Translations under genes and position numbers: made by a program
Assembly (NCBI GenBank): GCA_965153455.1
Contig: OZ234493.1
Location: forward strand, 33,594,213-33,658,212
Length of the DNA: 64,000 nt
Direction of reading: 5' to 3'
Source of the DNA: Sphagnum compactum
Taxonomy: Eukaryota
Notes under the pieces: model-generated
Seen by the model: the letters and a program-made list of their open reading frames with translations, nothing else
What the model was told of the DNA's origin: nothing
Database searches by the model: none
In this document: positions 37,916 to 51,200 of the stretch, one piece after another
How positions within the stretch are numbered: position 1 is the first letter of the stretch
How the letters are laid out: each line of letters opens with the position of its first letter

Positions 37916-38831
37916 TTTAGTTGTATGTTAGTTGCACACACAACCATATGGGTGTGGATGAGCTCAAATGAGTCAAAATTGATGTTAAAACGTCAACTTT
38001 TCTACAATTCTTATTACATTTGTCTATGTGGTGCCACTTTAATGGCATGTGAATCATGGAAAGTTGTGCTTATTAAATGATGAGGACATTGAAAAATCTA
38101 AAATGAGTCAAAAAAAATTTCAATATCAAAGTTTGGTTTGAACAAAGGATGTTTAATAGTTTCATTCAATAACACTACTTTCATAAAGGGTCCCTTAGTT
38201 TTCATATTACAATTTATTTCATCCTCAATTTTTTTGTAATAATAGGGACACATCTAAAAAATATTCAAATTTTCTTTTTTTTTAAATTTTGTATTTATCA
38301 AAATCTAAGGTTGTTAAAAGTTCATGAATCCTTTATGACATGTAAATGTAATGCAATGTGTATGTTGTTTAAAGAAAAGTTAATGTTTATAATATACAAA
38401 TTAAATTTGAAAATGTCAACATGTTTTGGTATGATATGAAATTATGATAATTTTTCAAGATGAAACACAAAATTTGACAAAAGTTTGTGCACTTTTGAAA
38501 ATTCGTATTTATTCAAATTTGATAATAAACAAACATATGACATATTTGGGGAAACTATAAATATAATAAATAAAAAGTTTCAAAACATTTCATTTGAAAA
38601 TTCCTCTTTATGAAAACATGTTTTTTTGGCAAAAGGACCTTAAAAAGGACAATAGTCCTAAATGCAAAGTAAACACATTGACTCATTATATTTTGTTTAT
38701 ACTTGTATGGCTCAAAAATTATATAATATCAAATTTGTAGTTGCAAACATGACTGATATAGTTGCAAACGATATCTAGTTGCATGTTAGTTGCAAAGTGA
38801 TTGGTTGCAAATGACATGATTTCTATTAGTG
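37916..38831. mobile_element. Right-hand end of a CACTA element
   Basis: Ends in ...TTTCTATTAGTG with subterminal (A)GTTGCA repeats similar to those of the element at 55973-58519. The left end was not located. Confidence 0.5.
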
Positions 38832-38859
38832 AGTGGAGGCGATCTTGTTGCATGTATAC

Positions 38860-41520
38860 AACTAGATGGAGACTTATAAGGAGCATGGTTGATGTTTGAC
38901 CATTGTAAACATGTTTCAGGTTGGATTACCATGGCATGCCATGTTTATGACCCAAATTATGTTAGAGTCATGACAATTGCAGTATGTGACATGCAATCAA
39001 AGGATGTGGAGTCTCAAGTTTTTATGTGGAGTGCCCTTTTAAAAGTCATGAAGGCAAAAGGAGTTCAAATGCCAGAGTCCAAGGGGTTCATGGCTAATAG
39101 TGTTCAAGCCAATTGGAATGTTATCCACATTGTTTTTGGCCCATCAAGAGACTTTTCCCAGCCATTGCACAACAAAAAAAAACTTGTCTTTCCCATTGGG
39201 TTCAGTCCATGGAGATTCACACCAATAAGCTCATTCAGATGCCACATCTATGTCAAAACACATGGAAATTGGCAACAACTACAAAAACTCCAAAACACTT
39301 GATGAAACAAATGCTAATTTTGAAGTTATAAAGTCTTGGTGGCATTCATCTAGAGCAACATTAGGGAATGACCTTGAAGAGCTCAACCATTGGTTGTCCT
39401 TCTAGCATTTTCAATTTCATAAATTGGGGAATTTTTTTCGAGAGGTACTACTACATTTCCATCCCTTCATTGAATCTTGCAAGTTCATGCAAAATTAAAC
39501 ATGTTAAAACATGTTTTGTAAAACATTTGATCTTGTTTGAAATGTGTAAGGTTTGGTAATCAAGAAGATGCCAACATGCTTACTTGAAATTTGTCAGAAA
39601 TAATTCACCACATTGGGGACAACAATTTGGCAAAAAAGGCAAGGACCTTTTTGATGCCACAATTGACGATCTAATCAAGGTTGGGTAGATGCAAAGCTAC
39701 GGTGGCTCAAAAATTGCAAGAGTCCTAGTCCCAAAAGTCCATTAAAATGGAAAATTAACACTATAATGGAAAAATAATTAAAAACGGATGTTGAATGGGC
39801 CTTATGTGATGATTAATCAATTAATAAAGTCCATATGAAAGGCTACCCATCTAAAAAACTCTTTATTATACATGTTAGGGGAAAAAAATATCAATCCAAC
39901 AAAAAATGATCAAGATTGGGACTTTTGAAAATAAGGTCCAAATTTGGTCATTCAAAAGTCCATAGTTATTTGTTGATTAAAGTTTTTGTTGTAATTTTTT
40001 TCAATCCATATTCTTTTTTCCATTATGTATCATATATTGAATCCCTATAAAAACTATTGAGATGAAATCATAACAAAAAATGCATTGGAATGCTAACATA
40101 AAACCTAGATTATAGTCCATATTATGTCCACTTTGGAAGTCCATTACTATATGATTGGTTTACGTTCATTGAATTTCACCCTTTAATAAATATTTTTATT
40201 CAAGTTGATAATCTTAATCTAGAAACGTTTTTGTCAAATTGATGATTTTACAATGCATTTTTGACATTTCAATAAAATACACTATGTAGAAAATCCATAA
40301 GGATGCAAAAAGTGAACCATCTTACATGTACTCGGTTCTTTAACAACAATCTCATTACAGGATGCATTTGATGGGTAGATTGGAAAGAATAAGGCCAAAA
40401 CATATAAAATCATGTTTGAAAGCTGCACATAGATCTGATGACCCCAAAAGATAACACAAGCAATTGCAAGTTTTATGTTTGGCAATCCTATGCATAATAG
40501 ATCAATTGGCTTAGAGGGTGAAGAGAGATTAAGGTCTTGTAAGAGAATACTCAACACTATGATTGGTTTCGTTCAAAACTCACATCGGCCTAACAAAGTG
40601 AAATTTTTAGTGCCATGACAATCAAATTCTAGCATAAGGGTGCAAGAAAACTCTACATTTGAATATTTAGATTCCCATGTACGACATGGAATTCCATTAA
40701 GATTAAATGGCCATGGTTATGAGGCCTTGGATATTTTTGAAACTACCTATAATCAAGAGGTCTTCCATATTGCACGAAAAATTGCAAATTTACAACTTCA
40801 TTATTCAACCATCCAATTTAAAAGGCATAAGTGCGAAGCCAAAATAGCAAAATGTTCATTTCGCACCCCTGCACTTATGTTTTTTGGGTGGTTCAAACTT
40901 GCAACAAACAAAAAGGCTAGGTATAAAGCAATGTGGTTTTGCCTTGATGATAAGGATTGATGTGTGTTGGGAGATGTTCAAGATTTTGTGAAGGGCAAGC
41001 TTCAAGTTCCAAATGCGTGACCAATTTTCACTAGCACAAAATTCACACTCATTGAAATGGCATCATTGGAAGAGGTTGGATTTGTCTTCCTTGGTGTGCA
41101 CAAGTGGAGGGCAGAGGAAGAAATCCAAATGTAGATGACATTCCAATTTCAAAATGTGACAACAAAACGGTGCATCGTGTTCCACCTAGAAAAGATCATG
41201 ATAGTAGTTGGCTATTTGAAAAAAATTTAATAGCTACTATTTTGCGAATGAAACATGTTCTTAATCTTGGATATGGGCATGTTTACTCACTTGAGTTTCA
41301 TGGTGGAGTGAAGGTTGTGACTTATGAAGTGACAATTGAGGTGATAACCAATTGCACTTGTCTTGACTTTGTGTCTATGTTGACAAGTGACTTTGAAGAA
41401 GAGAGGAAAATATCCTTTGCAAGCACCTATATTTCATTTATAGAGCTAGGATGTTTTGTGATCATAAGACAAAGGGTTTCACAACCAACCTACATTAAAT
41501 ATCAACAAAGTTAAGAAGCT
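38860..41520 (+). pseudogene. Decayed MULE/Mutator transposase with a C-terminal SWIM zinc finger
   Basis: FDHCKHVSGWITMACHVYD...IAVCDMQS...FMANSVQANWN, then a CLSHW-like motif, and YEVTI...NCTCLDF...CKHLYF across a frameshift. Many stops and frameshifts, plus an apparent insertion at ~39680-40150. Confidence 0.75.
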
Positions 41521-43440
41521 ATTGCAATGAGAGACTTAGATGGATTGGAATTTGTGTAGTCCCCCAAAGATATAGTTTCTTCATATAGTTTTTTTGAACT
41601 ATGTATTGAGGATACTCTTATATTGAATTAATTGATTATTGTTTATGCAACACAATGTAACTTGTTTTTCAAGTATGTGATTTTTATCACACACATGATA
41701 TCCATTCATTATAATATATGATTTTAGGTTGGTAGTTTTCAAAGACCATCACACCATGGGCTTATGTTCATTTATAGTTCATGTGCATTGCCCATATATT
41801 GATATGATGTATAATGCATTTCCAAAATTTCATCCATAAATAAGATGAATGTATCTAATCATTAATCCATAAACATTCATCCATCATTCATTTAGTAGCA
41901 TCTAAAATATAAGTCAAAATTTGCATATTGTAAAAAGAATATTCTTTTCATGCTCCAAGTTCTAGCTCTAGGCTCCATGCTCAAGCTCCATGCTCATGCA
42001 CAAGCTTGATTTGTTTGGGTACGCACTTGTTGACAAAAAAAAATCAGAATTGGCCAACATTGGTCCTAACACATCGGTCCTAACCAATGTTGGGCAATTC
42101 TTAGGATTCCGAATGTGACTGTCACAACATCACATAATTGGTTCTTGTATGTAATCATGGTTCTTTAAAAATTTCAAATAATTTCACAACACTTGTCCAA
42201 ACACCTCAGAATAACCATTTGGACATGTTTGTAGTTGCCGTTGTCAGGCAGATGCATAATTGGTGCAAAGCAAGCTTTCTTGGATGCATCTTGGATCCCT
42301 TTATTAACTTTTATGAGGATGCAATTTGCATTGTTATTTCAATGTAGTACATGTACATGAGAGTTTTAATAAGGGGGACAAAACCTGTACTAAATTGTAA
42401 TAATAGGAAATAACTAAATTAGAGGAAAACCTGCACCAGATGTATTGATGACTTCTTATTAATCAGCTAACATTGGTCATCTAAACCCTATATATCCAAG
42501 GAGTTAAGAACTGGTTGCGCCTATTTGGATGGGGAGTTCATTTGGGGATGCAAATCTTTAATTACAAATGTTGGGATGTCAATGGTTCTGGCTACATGAA
42601 CCAAAGTAGAAATTGGATTGGGCTTCTACTTTGATGATTAAAGGCCTAGTTAGCAACCCCAAATAATTTGGGCTTATTGCATTATGTAGAGGGGATACTC
42701 ATGCCAGTAGTATACCCAGGTTGCGCCCTATATATCAGTACAACACTGGTTTTAACATGGACGGTGAAAGGTTTGCAGACGAGTAGCAAAAGGTTGATTA
42801 ACAAACGCATTTCTGTGTTGGGAGGCACTTTCAAGTACAAAGAAAAAACTTGGAGTACCTTACATTTGAAAAAACCTTGTAGTACTTTATGATTGTGTGG
42901 TGAAGAAGAAGCAAATGTTTGAACCACAACAGGGTACTATTAGCAATAAACATCATTAATTTCCACAATCCATATTTAGATGGTCATAGTTGTGGACTAT
43001 GTCAAACTTGCATGAAATCAGGGGAAGGAACTTGAGAGGTGAACAAGGTAAGGGTTGCAATTTGCAAAGGGGTATTTTAGTGTAGGGTAATGCTCCAGGC
43101 ATTACTGGAATAAGGGCCCATGTGAGGTGGAGCTGAGGTGGGCCCAATTCCAATAATGCTCACAGCCTCTGCCCTTACATGCTGTAAAAATCAACACACC
43201 ATTTTTATTTTTACATTTTGTGCTGTGATACGTGGCCAGGTACCCCACTTAGGGTCACCGTCAATTCTTTTGAAAAAGAGTTAGGTGGACACTTTGAAAA
43301 CTGAAATGCCCATAGAGGTGGGTGTTTCTCTTTTGGAATTGTCCATTCATCGCTAACATTTGATTATGGCATGTAAGGCGTACACTGCTGCAAAGTACAG
43401 AGGTTTTTAGGTAACTACTAGCTTGCTGTCTAGTTGGTGC

Positions 43441-43700
43441 TAGCGTGTGTTTTTTCAATTTCGTGATGTTGCTACATTGGCGATCATCCACTTGTAGATT
43501 TAGCTGTGTTTGGCTATAGACCAGCTATGAAAGATTTTTTTTTATTAAAATCCTTTCATATCCTGGCTACTTGCTTGAACAATGATTTTTTAGAAAACTT
43601 TATCAATTTCTGACGATTATAAAAAAAAAATATTTGAAAAAATTCTTTTTTTGAAGAACACTTTACCAAATGGTGAAAATTCGCCACAAAAGAAATGCTG
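43441..43700. mobile_element. hAT-type MITE inserted after the duplication
   Basis: Perfect 8-bp TSD GTTGGTGC (43433-43440 and 43701-43708). The empty site, with a single GTTGGTGC, is at ~15954-15961 in unit 1. Confidence 0.85.
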
Positions 43701-45146
43701 GTTGGTGCACAACTGCTTTGAGATGGGTTCAAAGTTCAAACCTATATTTGCAACATGATTAGATTGGTTGTACTTGAATGGGTCAAATGTTTATGTTTAA
43801 TATTAATGAAACAAGAGTAAATGGAATTAAAATTACACCAATCCTGGGTCTTTCAAACTAATGACCATGGGAAAGAAACTTGGCTAATTATGGGTCTTTT
43901 GAACTGGAGTAAATATGATGACAACTTGGCTAGTCATGGAACTATAGGATATGGGATAAAAATTTGGCTATTCATGGGTCTTTTCAAGTAGAGAAAATGG
44001 GACAAAAACTTGGCAACCCATGAGTCTTTTCTTAAATTTAGAGTGGCTCTCTTTGGGGTCCTTATCTGACAAAAAGGGGTGGGAGATTTTTTTTCTTTTA
44101 TACCGGAGGGCTGTGATTCATTTATATGCCATATGATTATACTCTGTGCAACATATGTTGTTGGAAAGATAACTTTCACACGGAAGGCAAATCAAGTAGG
44201 ATAGGAGATAATGAATGGATGAACCTGATGCCGTGTAAGGTTTGTCATTTTGGGGAACCTTACACATAGGTGCCATCCTCTTTTGAATGAGACATCTTAC
44301 AGATGGTAAGGTGCCTTCTGGAATTAAACTAGAAAATTCTATTGGCTCTTTACTCAGAAATGATGTACATATATTTTTACCAAACAATATAATAAACCAT
44401 CCTCAAATGATGCAAATAAATGCAAAACTACAGTCTCAGCAGTTTTGTTCAAGTAGATGAGACACCTTCTTATTCCAATGCCTTCAAGCTCATTTCTTCC
44501 TTGCAAGGTTGCCATTTGCAAAAGTCGATGTCTATATCCACCACAAGTTTTCATATTAATAGTAATTTGTAGTTTTAATGAGTCATGACAATTGCAACTT
44601 TCAAAGGATAATATATACTACCCATGACATAGGAATGGGTTTTGAGACATACTTGTTTTGATTCTTACCCAATTCTCATTATTAGATTAGTATTAGATTT
44701 ACTTTGAGGGTGAAAACAAATGATATTAAGGTAAGTGCTTGAAATGAATCATGGTTCAAAGGACCCTACACTATCCTTGTCATCGTAAAAAGCAACCATT
44801 CAAGGTCTTTTCAACTTACCCACCTTTTTGTTTTTACTATAGTATTCTTTGTTCATTTACTTTAAGCAAATGAATTAGAACTTAAGGTGTTGCAATTGGG
44901 GCTTTAATAAACTCTCAACAAAATCTTTAACAAGGCAATGAAGACTCAAAAACATCATAATCGGTTCCCCCAATCTCTACAAACTTGACCTACCAACTTT
45001 GTGGTCTAAACCCTAAAGTTCCCCAATGCCTACTAGCCCACTAGCCTATTAGCTCCCCAGGTCCACCTTGTCTGGTTGCAAGCAGGGGAGGTTCTATTCA
45101 GGCTCCACTGTACCTGACTTAGGATGCCAAATCAACACGTTACCGG

Positions 45147-45610
45147 CAGTGTTGGGTGGATATAAGATTTTTTCAATATCCATCAGTTCCGGTTATCCGC
45201 CAATTTGTTATCCATCGGTTTGATGTTTATTTTTATTTTTTTCACCCCTAATATCCTGTAAGGTTGTCAAAAATAATTAAAAAATCTAATATCAGATGTC
45301 AATATGGATGGATATCCGCCAACATTAATATCCACCAGATATACCGACACTCCGAATAACAAGATACAACAAGAGAAGAAGATGAAAAAAAAAAACACAG
45401 CCTGAGCTGGAGCTTGGGCCTGTTTTTATTTTGTTTTTAGGGTTATTTTAAGTTTAGAAGAATGCTGGTGCCGACCACTTCTTTTTATCTTTCCGCAAAC
45501 ATCCTACAAGCCTGCTTACACCCTAAACCTAAAACCCCCATGCTCATATCCATATTCGGGCAGGGATTTGATAGCCTATCTGAATATGAAAAATTAGATA
45601 ATTCAGCCAT
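45147..45610. mobile_element. hAT terminal fragment
   Basis: Starts CAGTGTTGGGTGGATAT with GATATCC repeats; 45510-45570 matches 60090-60150 in inverted orientation. Confidence 0.6.
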
Positions 45611-46555
45611 TATTCCCTGGGTTTAAACACCCCTAGAGAATGGGCCTTGAATGGTGGATTATAAAACACGAAAAGAAAATAACCTTCTCACATCAGTTGC
45701 TTCAGGACTAAACAAGTAGTAAATAACAAATCTGGTTTGCTACATAATGCAATGGCCTTCTTTTATTGTTCATTATTTTCACCTCATAACCTGGCGCTAA
45801 CTTGCATTCCCACTATCCACCTTGAACGAAAAGTGACAAAACATATAAGTATTTCACTACTTCTGAAGGCTTCAGTTTTAATAACAGCAGCAAGGCCAAG
45901 ATTGAAGGAAGAAATTCAAAGCAAAGATAGAGATATCTTCCAATTTACAGTTCAAATTCCACAGAAAAGAAGATCAGTAGTCACCAAAAAACTTCCTGAA
46001 AATGTAAAATACTGGTGAGTTATGGAACAATAATTCCTGCTAATCATCTCACTGTAATAATTCAAGATACCAGGATGCAACTCTTTGAAGTTAATAGAAG
46101 TTTTTTGAAGTGCTTGTAAAATGACTGCTGCTTCGTGTTCCAATTGACAAGAAGTGATTTGTTATATACACTTAGTATGGCAGAGAATATGTGAATCAGA
46201 AAGTGGGTCACAAGAGGCTTGACAAATCAAAATTGTGTAATGTACAAATTAAGTATTGGTGACTATTGTACTAAGGATACCAGAATTAGGGTGTTCTTTA
46301 GTTTTGATGAGCTTGGTGCTTTGAAGCCCTGAGAATTCCAGAAGGAATAACTGGCTTCATTGCCTCCCTATAAGTGGACGCTCCTAGTGAGGGCATACCT
46401 AGCAGAATCTGCTGTTCATGGCCTTTTCTGTAGTACATAATGACCACAAATGTAACTTTTTCCTAATCACATCTAGTTCTAAGTTACTAACTGTTTTTGT
46501 TCATCCCAAAGTTACCTGTATTTACTTTTTCACTAGTAACTTGCCAGTTGTGGAC

Positions 46556-47221
46556 CAGTGTTGACCGGTTCTTTACTTTTACTAAGAACCTTAGGTTCCG
46601 TTCTTTAAAAAATATTTAGAAGTATCTCAGTTTTAATTTCACAGATAAATTTGGAACTAGGAATCCGGTTCCAGGTCTGGTTCTTCCCCAAAAAAAATTA
46701 TGTTTCCAGTTTTGAAAATTAGACCTGGTTTGAGTCCAGTTCTTACTAACGCAGACCGGAACTAATGGTTAACTGTCATTAACCTCCGGTTCTAGTCACT
46801 TGTTTTTTTCAATAATATTAGTTCCAGGAACTGGCAAACCTAGTTCCACCTCTGATTCTATGAAAAATAAAATCATTTTCCAATTCCAAAAATCAGACCC
46901 AATTCAGATCGGATCAGAAGTTCTGACCATTGTTGTGTGAATCTTGGAATTTCTAAAGAACTGTCTGTTCCAGTTCTTTAACTATTCCAGAATCAAAGAA
47001 CCATTGGCTTCAGTTATTTCAAAAACCTTAAAGAATCTGACCCAAAAAACCAGTCATACCATACCATGGTTATATACAAAAACCAGTTCTTTGGATATTT
47101 TGAGAACCAGTGGGTAAGAGGTACATACCCAGGCCGATAACCGGTGGCTGTATGTTCCTAATTCTAGGAATCGCTCGACATTAGTTCTTACCCACCAAAG
47201 CGGGTTTCCTGCCCAACATTG
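46556..47221. mobile_element. Expanded or nested hAT-type MITE in the promoter region of AP2 copy 2
   Basis: CAGTGTTG...GCCCAACATTG ends; TSD TTGTGGAC / TTGTAGAC. Confidence 0.65.
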
Positions 47222-48277
47222 TTGTAGACCTCAACTTAGGGATGTTGGCAGTGCGTTGACTGACGGGTAAGTAGAATATACCCAGTTTATAACCCTGCGG
47301 GTACATGTCCATACTTCTAAGAATGGCCGGTTCTTACCCGCCAAAACGGGTTCCTGTCCAACATTGTTGTTGGGGATGTCGGCAGTGCGTTGACCGGTTG
47401 ACCGACCTCGTTGACTGAGAACCAGCGGTTCCCTAGTCCGTCGACCCGAAGAAACAAAAGCAAAAGAAAACCGACCAGAAGAAGTCCCGGCTGTCCTCCC
47501 CCCTCGCTCGTCGCTAAAGTCGCGAGACCCCAACTCGATCGCTCTGTCTCTTCGCTCTCTGTCGCTCTCTCTTGCTCTCGCACTCTCTGTGGCTCTCTCT
47601 CCCTGGCTCTCGCTCTTCTCGCGATCTGTCGTTTCTTGGCTGCATTTTCTGTGAGACTCTGCGATGCAGTTGGAACTCTTCATGTGATCTGAGTTTTCAG
47701 TACTACTACTGCTTTCTTTGGCTCCAAAGATAGTTTATCAATATGCAGTACTACAGCTTTGCTTCCTGCTGCTGCTTTTACAGATTATTGTAGTACCTAC
47801 ACTGAGTGTCTCGAGCGCTTGCAGGGTTTATAGGCGATCATCGGGCTGCGTGGACTCACAGGTGAGTAACTGGGTTCACATATACAAGACTTGTCCATTG
47901 GTTGCAATATTGCTGTCACCACAAGTCTCAAGCTCTTGGGAGAACTTCTGCAGGAGGCCTGTATTTTCAGAACCGTCCTCCTAATGCGTGATGCAGATCC
48001 GTAGTTTCATGTCGGACGTCGCACACTACATGTATGTGTTAGCAACTCTCTCCTGTTTGTTTGTTTGCAGGGTTGTTACAGCTTGTTGCAACAAAAAAAT
48101 CTTGAAAAGCTCTAGAGTTTCCGTTTGCTTTCAGATCGTCTTCGTTGCTTTGACTCTTGCACAGGTATGTGTCTCTTTCTTCCCTTCCACATCGCATGGA
48201 GTAGTTCTGGAATTCTGGGAACAATAGTATTGGTGATCTCACGAAGCAGCACCCCGGACTTTCTTGTCTTGCAGATA

Positions 48278-51200
48278 ATGGACTCCGATCTCAACATGGT
48301 TCCAAACGTCGACAGTGGGATGCAGGAAGACCACGTGCAGGTCACCTCAGCTGCAGCTGCAGCTCCTGAACCTCATGGGCGGACGGCCGTCCCTGCCTAC
48401 GTAGGGCCGGCACGGCTCTACTTCGGACAGATACCGGCCGATCTAGTCGAAGAAGCTGGTACTGTAGCTGCCTCCTTTCAGCAGCTGCAGTTGGATGACC
48501 ATGGCGGTGAAAGTGATTCCCCCGCCAGCGACGATGTTGGCGCGCAAGCTGCAGACGTCGCAGCAGTCCTGCAGCAGCCTGTTGCCCCTGCTGAGAAGAA
48601 GAGGAAGCTTTCACGTTTCAAGAGCTCTGAGTTTCTGGGTGTAACGCATTACCCACGCACTGGTCGATGGGAAGCCCACATCTGGTAAGTACCTCTGGCC
48701 TCTTGTCGATCGAAAAGCTCTTGGTGCTGGTTCTCGCTGCTCTTGACGATTATTTCCTGCGACAAGTTCTGGATCTTCCTCTGTAAATCTGCTCATGATG
48801 CGACATGTATGTTTTTGTGTGGCATGCTGTGCAGGGCTGATGATGTGGAGCCGCACAAACAACTATATCTCGGTACATTGTTCTCACTTCTAGCATGCGA
48901 AGCTCGATCACGAAGTTCTCTTTACCAGCTGCTGCTGCTCTTTTGATTGTAGAGGATGTCATTTTGTTGCTGCTGATCATGTGTGACATACGATTCTGTT
49001 TGCATTTGCTTGTTGATCTTGGATGCAGGTGCATCAGCCACCAAGGAAGAAGCTGCAAGGTACACATCTAGATACTCGAGCGGATCTTCGAGACCTAATT
49101 GTTGGACTGCTGTTTTGCTTCTTGAGCTAGCTAGGTTTCCATACATTCAAGCAGGAGTTCTTCATGCACTAGTGACCAGCTGCAGCCGCTGGATTGTGAA
49201 TTATCGTGCTGCACCATGCATGAATGACACTGAGAATGCTGAAGAAGCTGTAACAGCAACTGCTTATGCTGTTGTCTGAGTGCAGCTCATGGATCATCTG
49301 TGGTTTTATTGCAGGGCTTACGACAAAGCAGCCCTTGTGCTGAGAGGTGAGGGTTTCCAGGATCGTATCAACTTCAAGCCTGCTCAACAATACGAAGATG
49401 ATGTCAAAAGGGTAAGCTGTAATGCAGGTTTGGTACTACAGAAAGCTTGCAGCTGGCCGTTTCTGATGTTCTTAATGAGAGTTCTTCTTCCTTGATATCT
49501 TTCTATCATGGTTGCAGGGTCCTAACTAGAAGTCTCGATCATCCTTTGATTTCTGAGTAGTACTGGTATATACAACTATGTAATTGGATCATGGCTTGTG
49601 AAATGATCTGCTGCAACAAGAATGACATGATGCTGCATGGAGGGATCCCTCTGCAAGTACAATTTGATGAACTCATTCATTCATTGCGTGGTTTTGTTCA
49701 CTGCAGCTGAAGCTTCTCACCAAGGACCAAATGGCTCTTTTCCTTAGAGGAGACAGCAAGGGACCTGGTGCTGTGTGGACATACCCTTATGTGAGGAAGA
49801 TTAAGGATGGCATATTCGAGGCTACTTACGCGGAGAACTGGAAGAGGAGAAGGTACACCTACACATGCCATGTAATATGCACGAATCTATCTTTCACCAC
49901 ATGCTCCACATCTAATTTCTCTCCCATCGACATTGGAGTGATCATGAAAGAATGTCGTCTACTCTTTTTAGTAGTCTGCAATGTGCATTGTGCAATGCTG
50001 ACCACTCTAGTGCAAATGAACTCATGAATCGAAGACACAAACGTGACTTTCGGTGTTCATCAGTATGTGAGGAATTATATGTGCTCATGAGATACTGATG
50101 ATGAGCATTTATTGAAGAACTTATTGTTGGTAATCTAAATTGAGTATTGTTTTGGCAGTCCGGTATATGAACTCTTGGGCTCATACAGCACCGAGGAAGA
50201 AGCAGCCAGGTACCCTGCAAATCATGCATATGTTCCTCCGGTTCTTGACATACAGCTTGAATGAACTTCTTTTTTTCCTTTTCCATGATCTTAATATTTT
50301 CTTATCAAAACCTTAGCTTCGTAGCTGGAATCCTAGCTGCTGCTTCGGGTCCTCGCCTCGACCTTCTTATTGGTGTGCTGTGATCATAGCAGTCCGTATG
50401 AATCTTGCAAGCCTGCTTCGTAAACTGCAGAGATATGAAACAAAAATCAAAGATACATGTACATATGAACTTAGAATCATGCAAGAGAAATGGCATACAT
50501 GTAGATCGGCTGCACAAGGAAGTTAGCTTTCGTATGGGATACATGACTGATTGTTGCCCTAAATGATGGTTGATTGCAGAGCTGTCTACGACAAAGCCGT
50601 GCAAGAAAACAACAAGGGCTTGGCTCAATCGATCAAGGACATATCTGTTGTGCGGACTCTGCCAACTACTGCACAGCGAGCTGCCATTGGTAAGTGGCTT
50701 GCACCACATGATGATCCACCAAGATATGAACCTTCAGGTCAAGTACTACACTGTAAAGTCCTTTGAACTTTCCCTTCCCCAAGATCATCCCTTCTGATAC
50801 CATGTAATTGTAAGTTATTACGGATGTGTTTGGTATGTTACAGATGCTGGACTTCCAGTACCATCCGCTCAGAAAACCGTGACCAGGAGACGGCGCAAAC
50901 AGAAGGCCCGCAGGAAGCCATATACCCCTCGCAAGAAGAAGCTGGACGTCGTTGCAGGAGCAGCTGCGGCAACTGGAGGCCATGATCAGACATTGCAGCA
51001 GGTGCTTATTCATATTGCTTTGTGTCATTTGCAGCTTTTTGGGATGTTCCTCGATCCATCTAGAACAAGTTCTTCAAGACAATGTCTGATCTCAAGTGGT
51101 AGGGCTGATGGCTTTCTGGCAAGCTGACATTGTGGGTTCAGTCTGCAATTGAGCCCCACGTGAGTCCAGTCCTAGTGCTCCTGGAAATGTAATTTTTTGG

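Noticed and set aside
49619-49638. miR172-like sequence AGAATGACATGATGCTGCAT in intron 4 of AP2 copy 2
   Set aside because: Needs a gap and mismatches within the 5' half, has no complementary star arm nearby, and is not conserved in copy 1; most likely chance.
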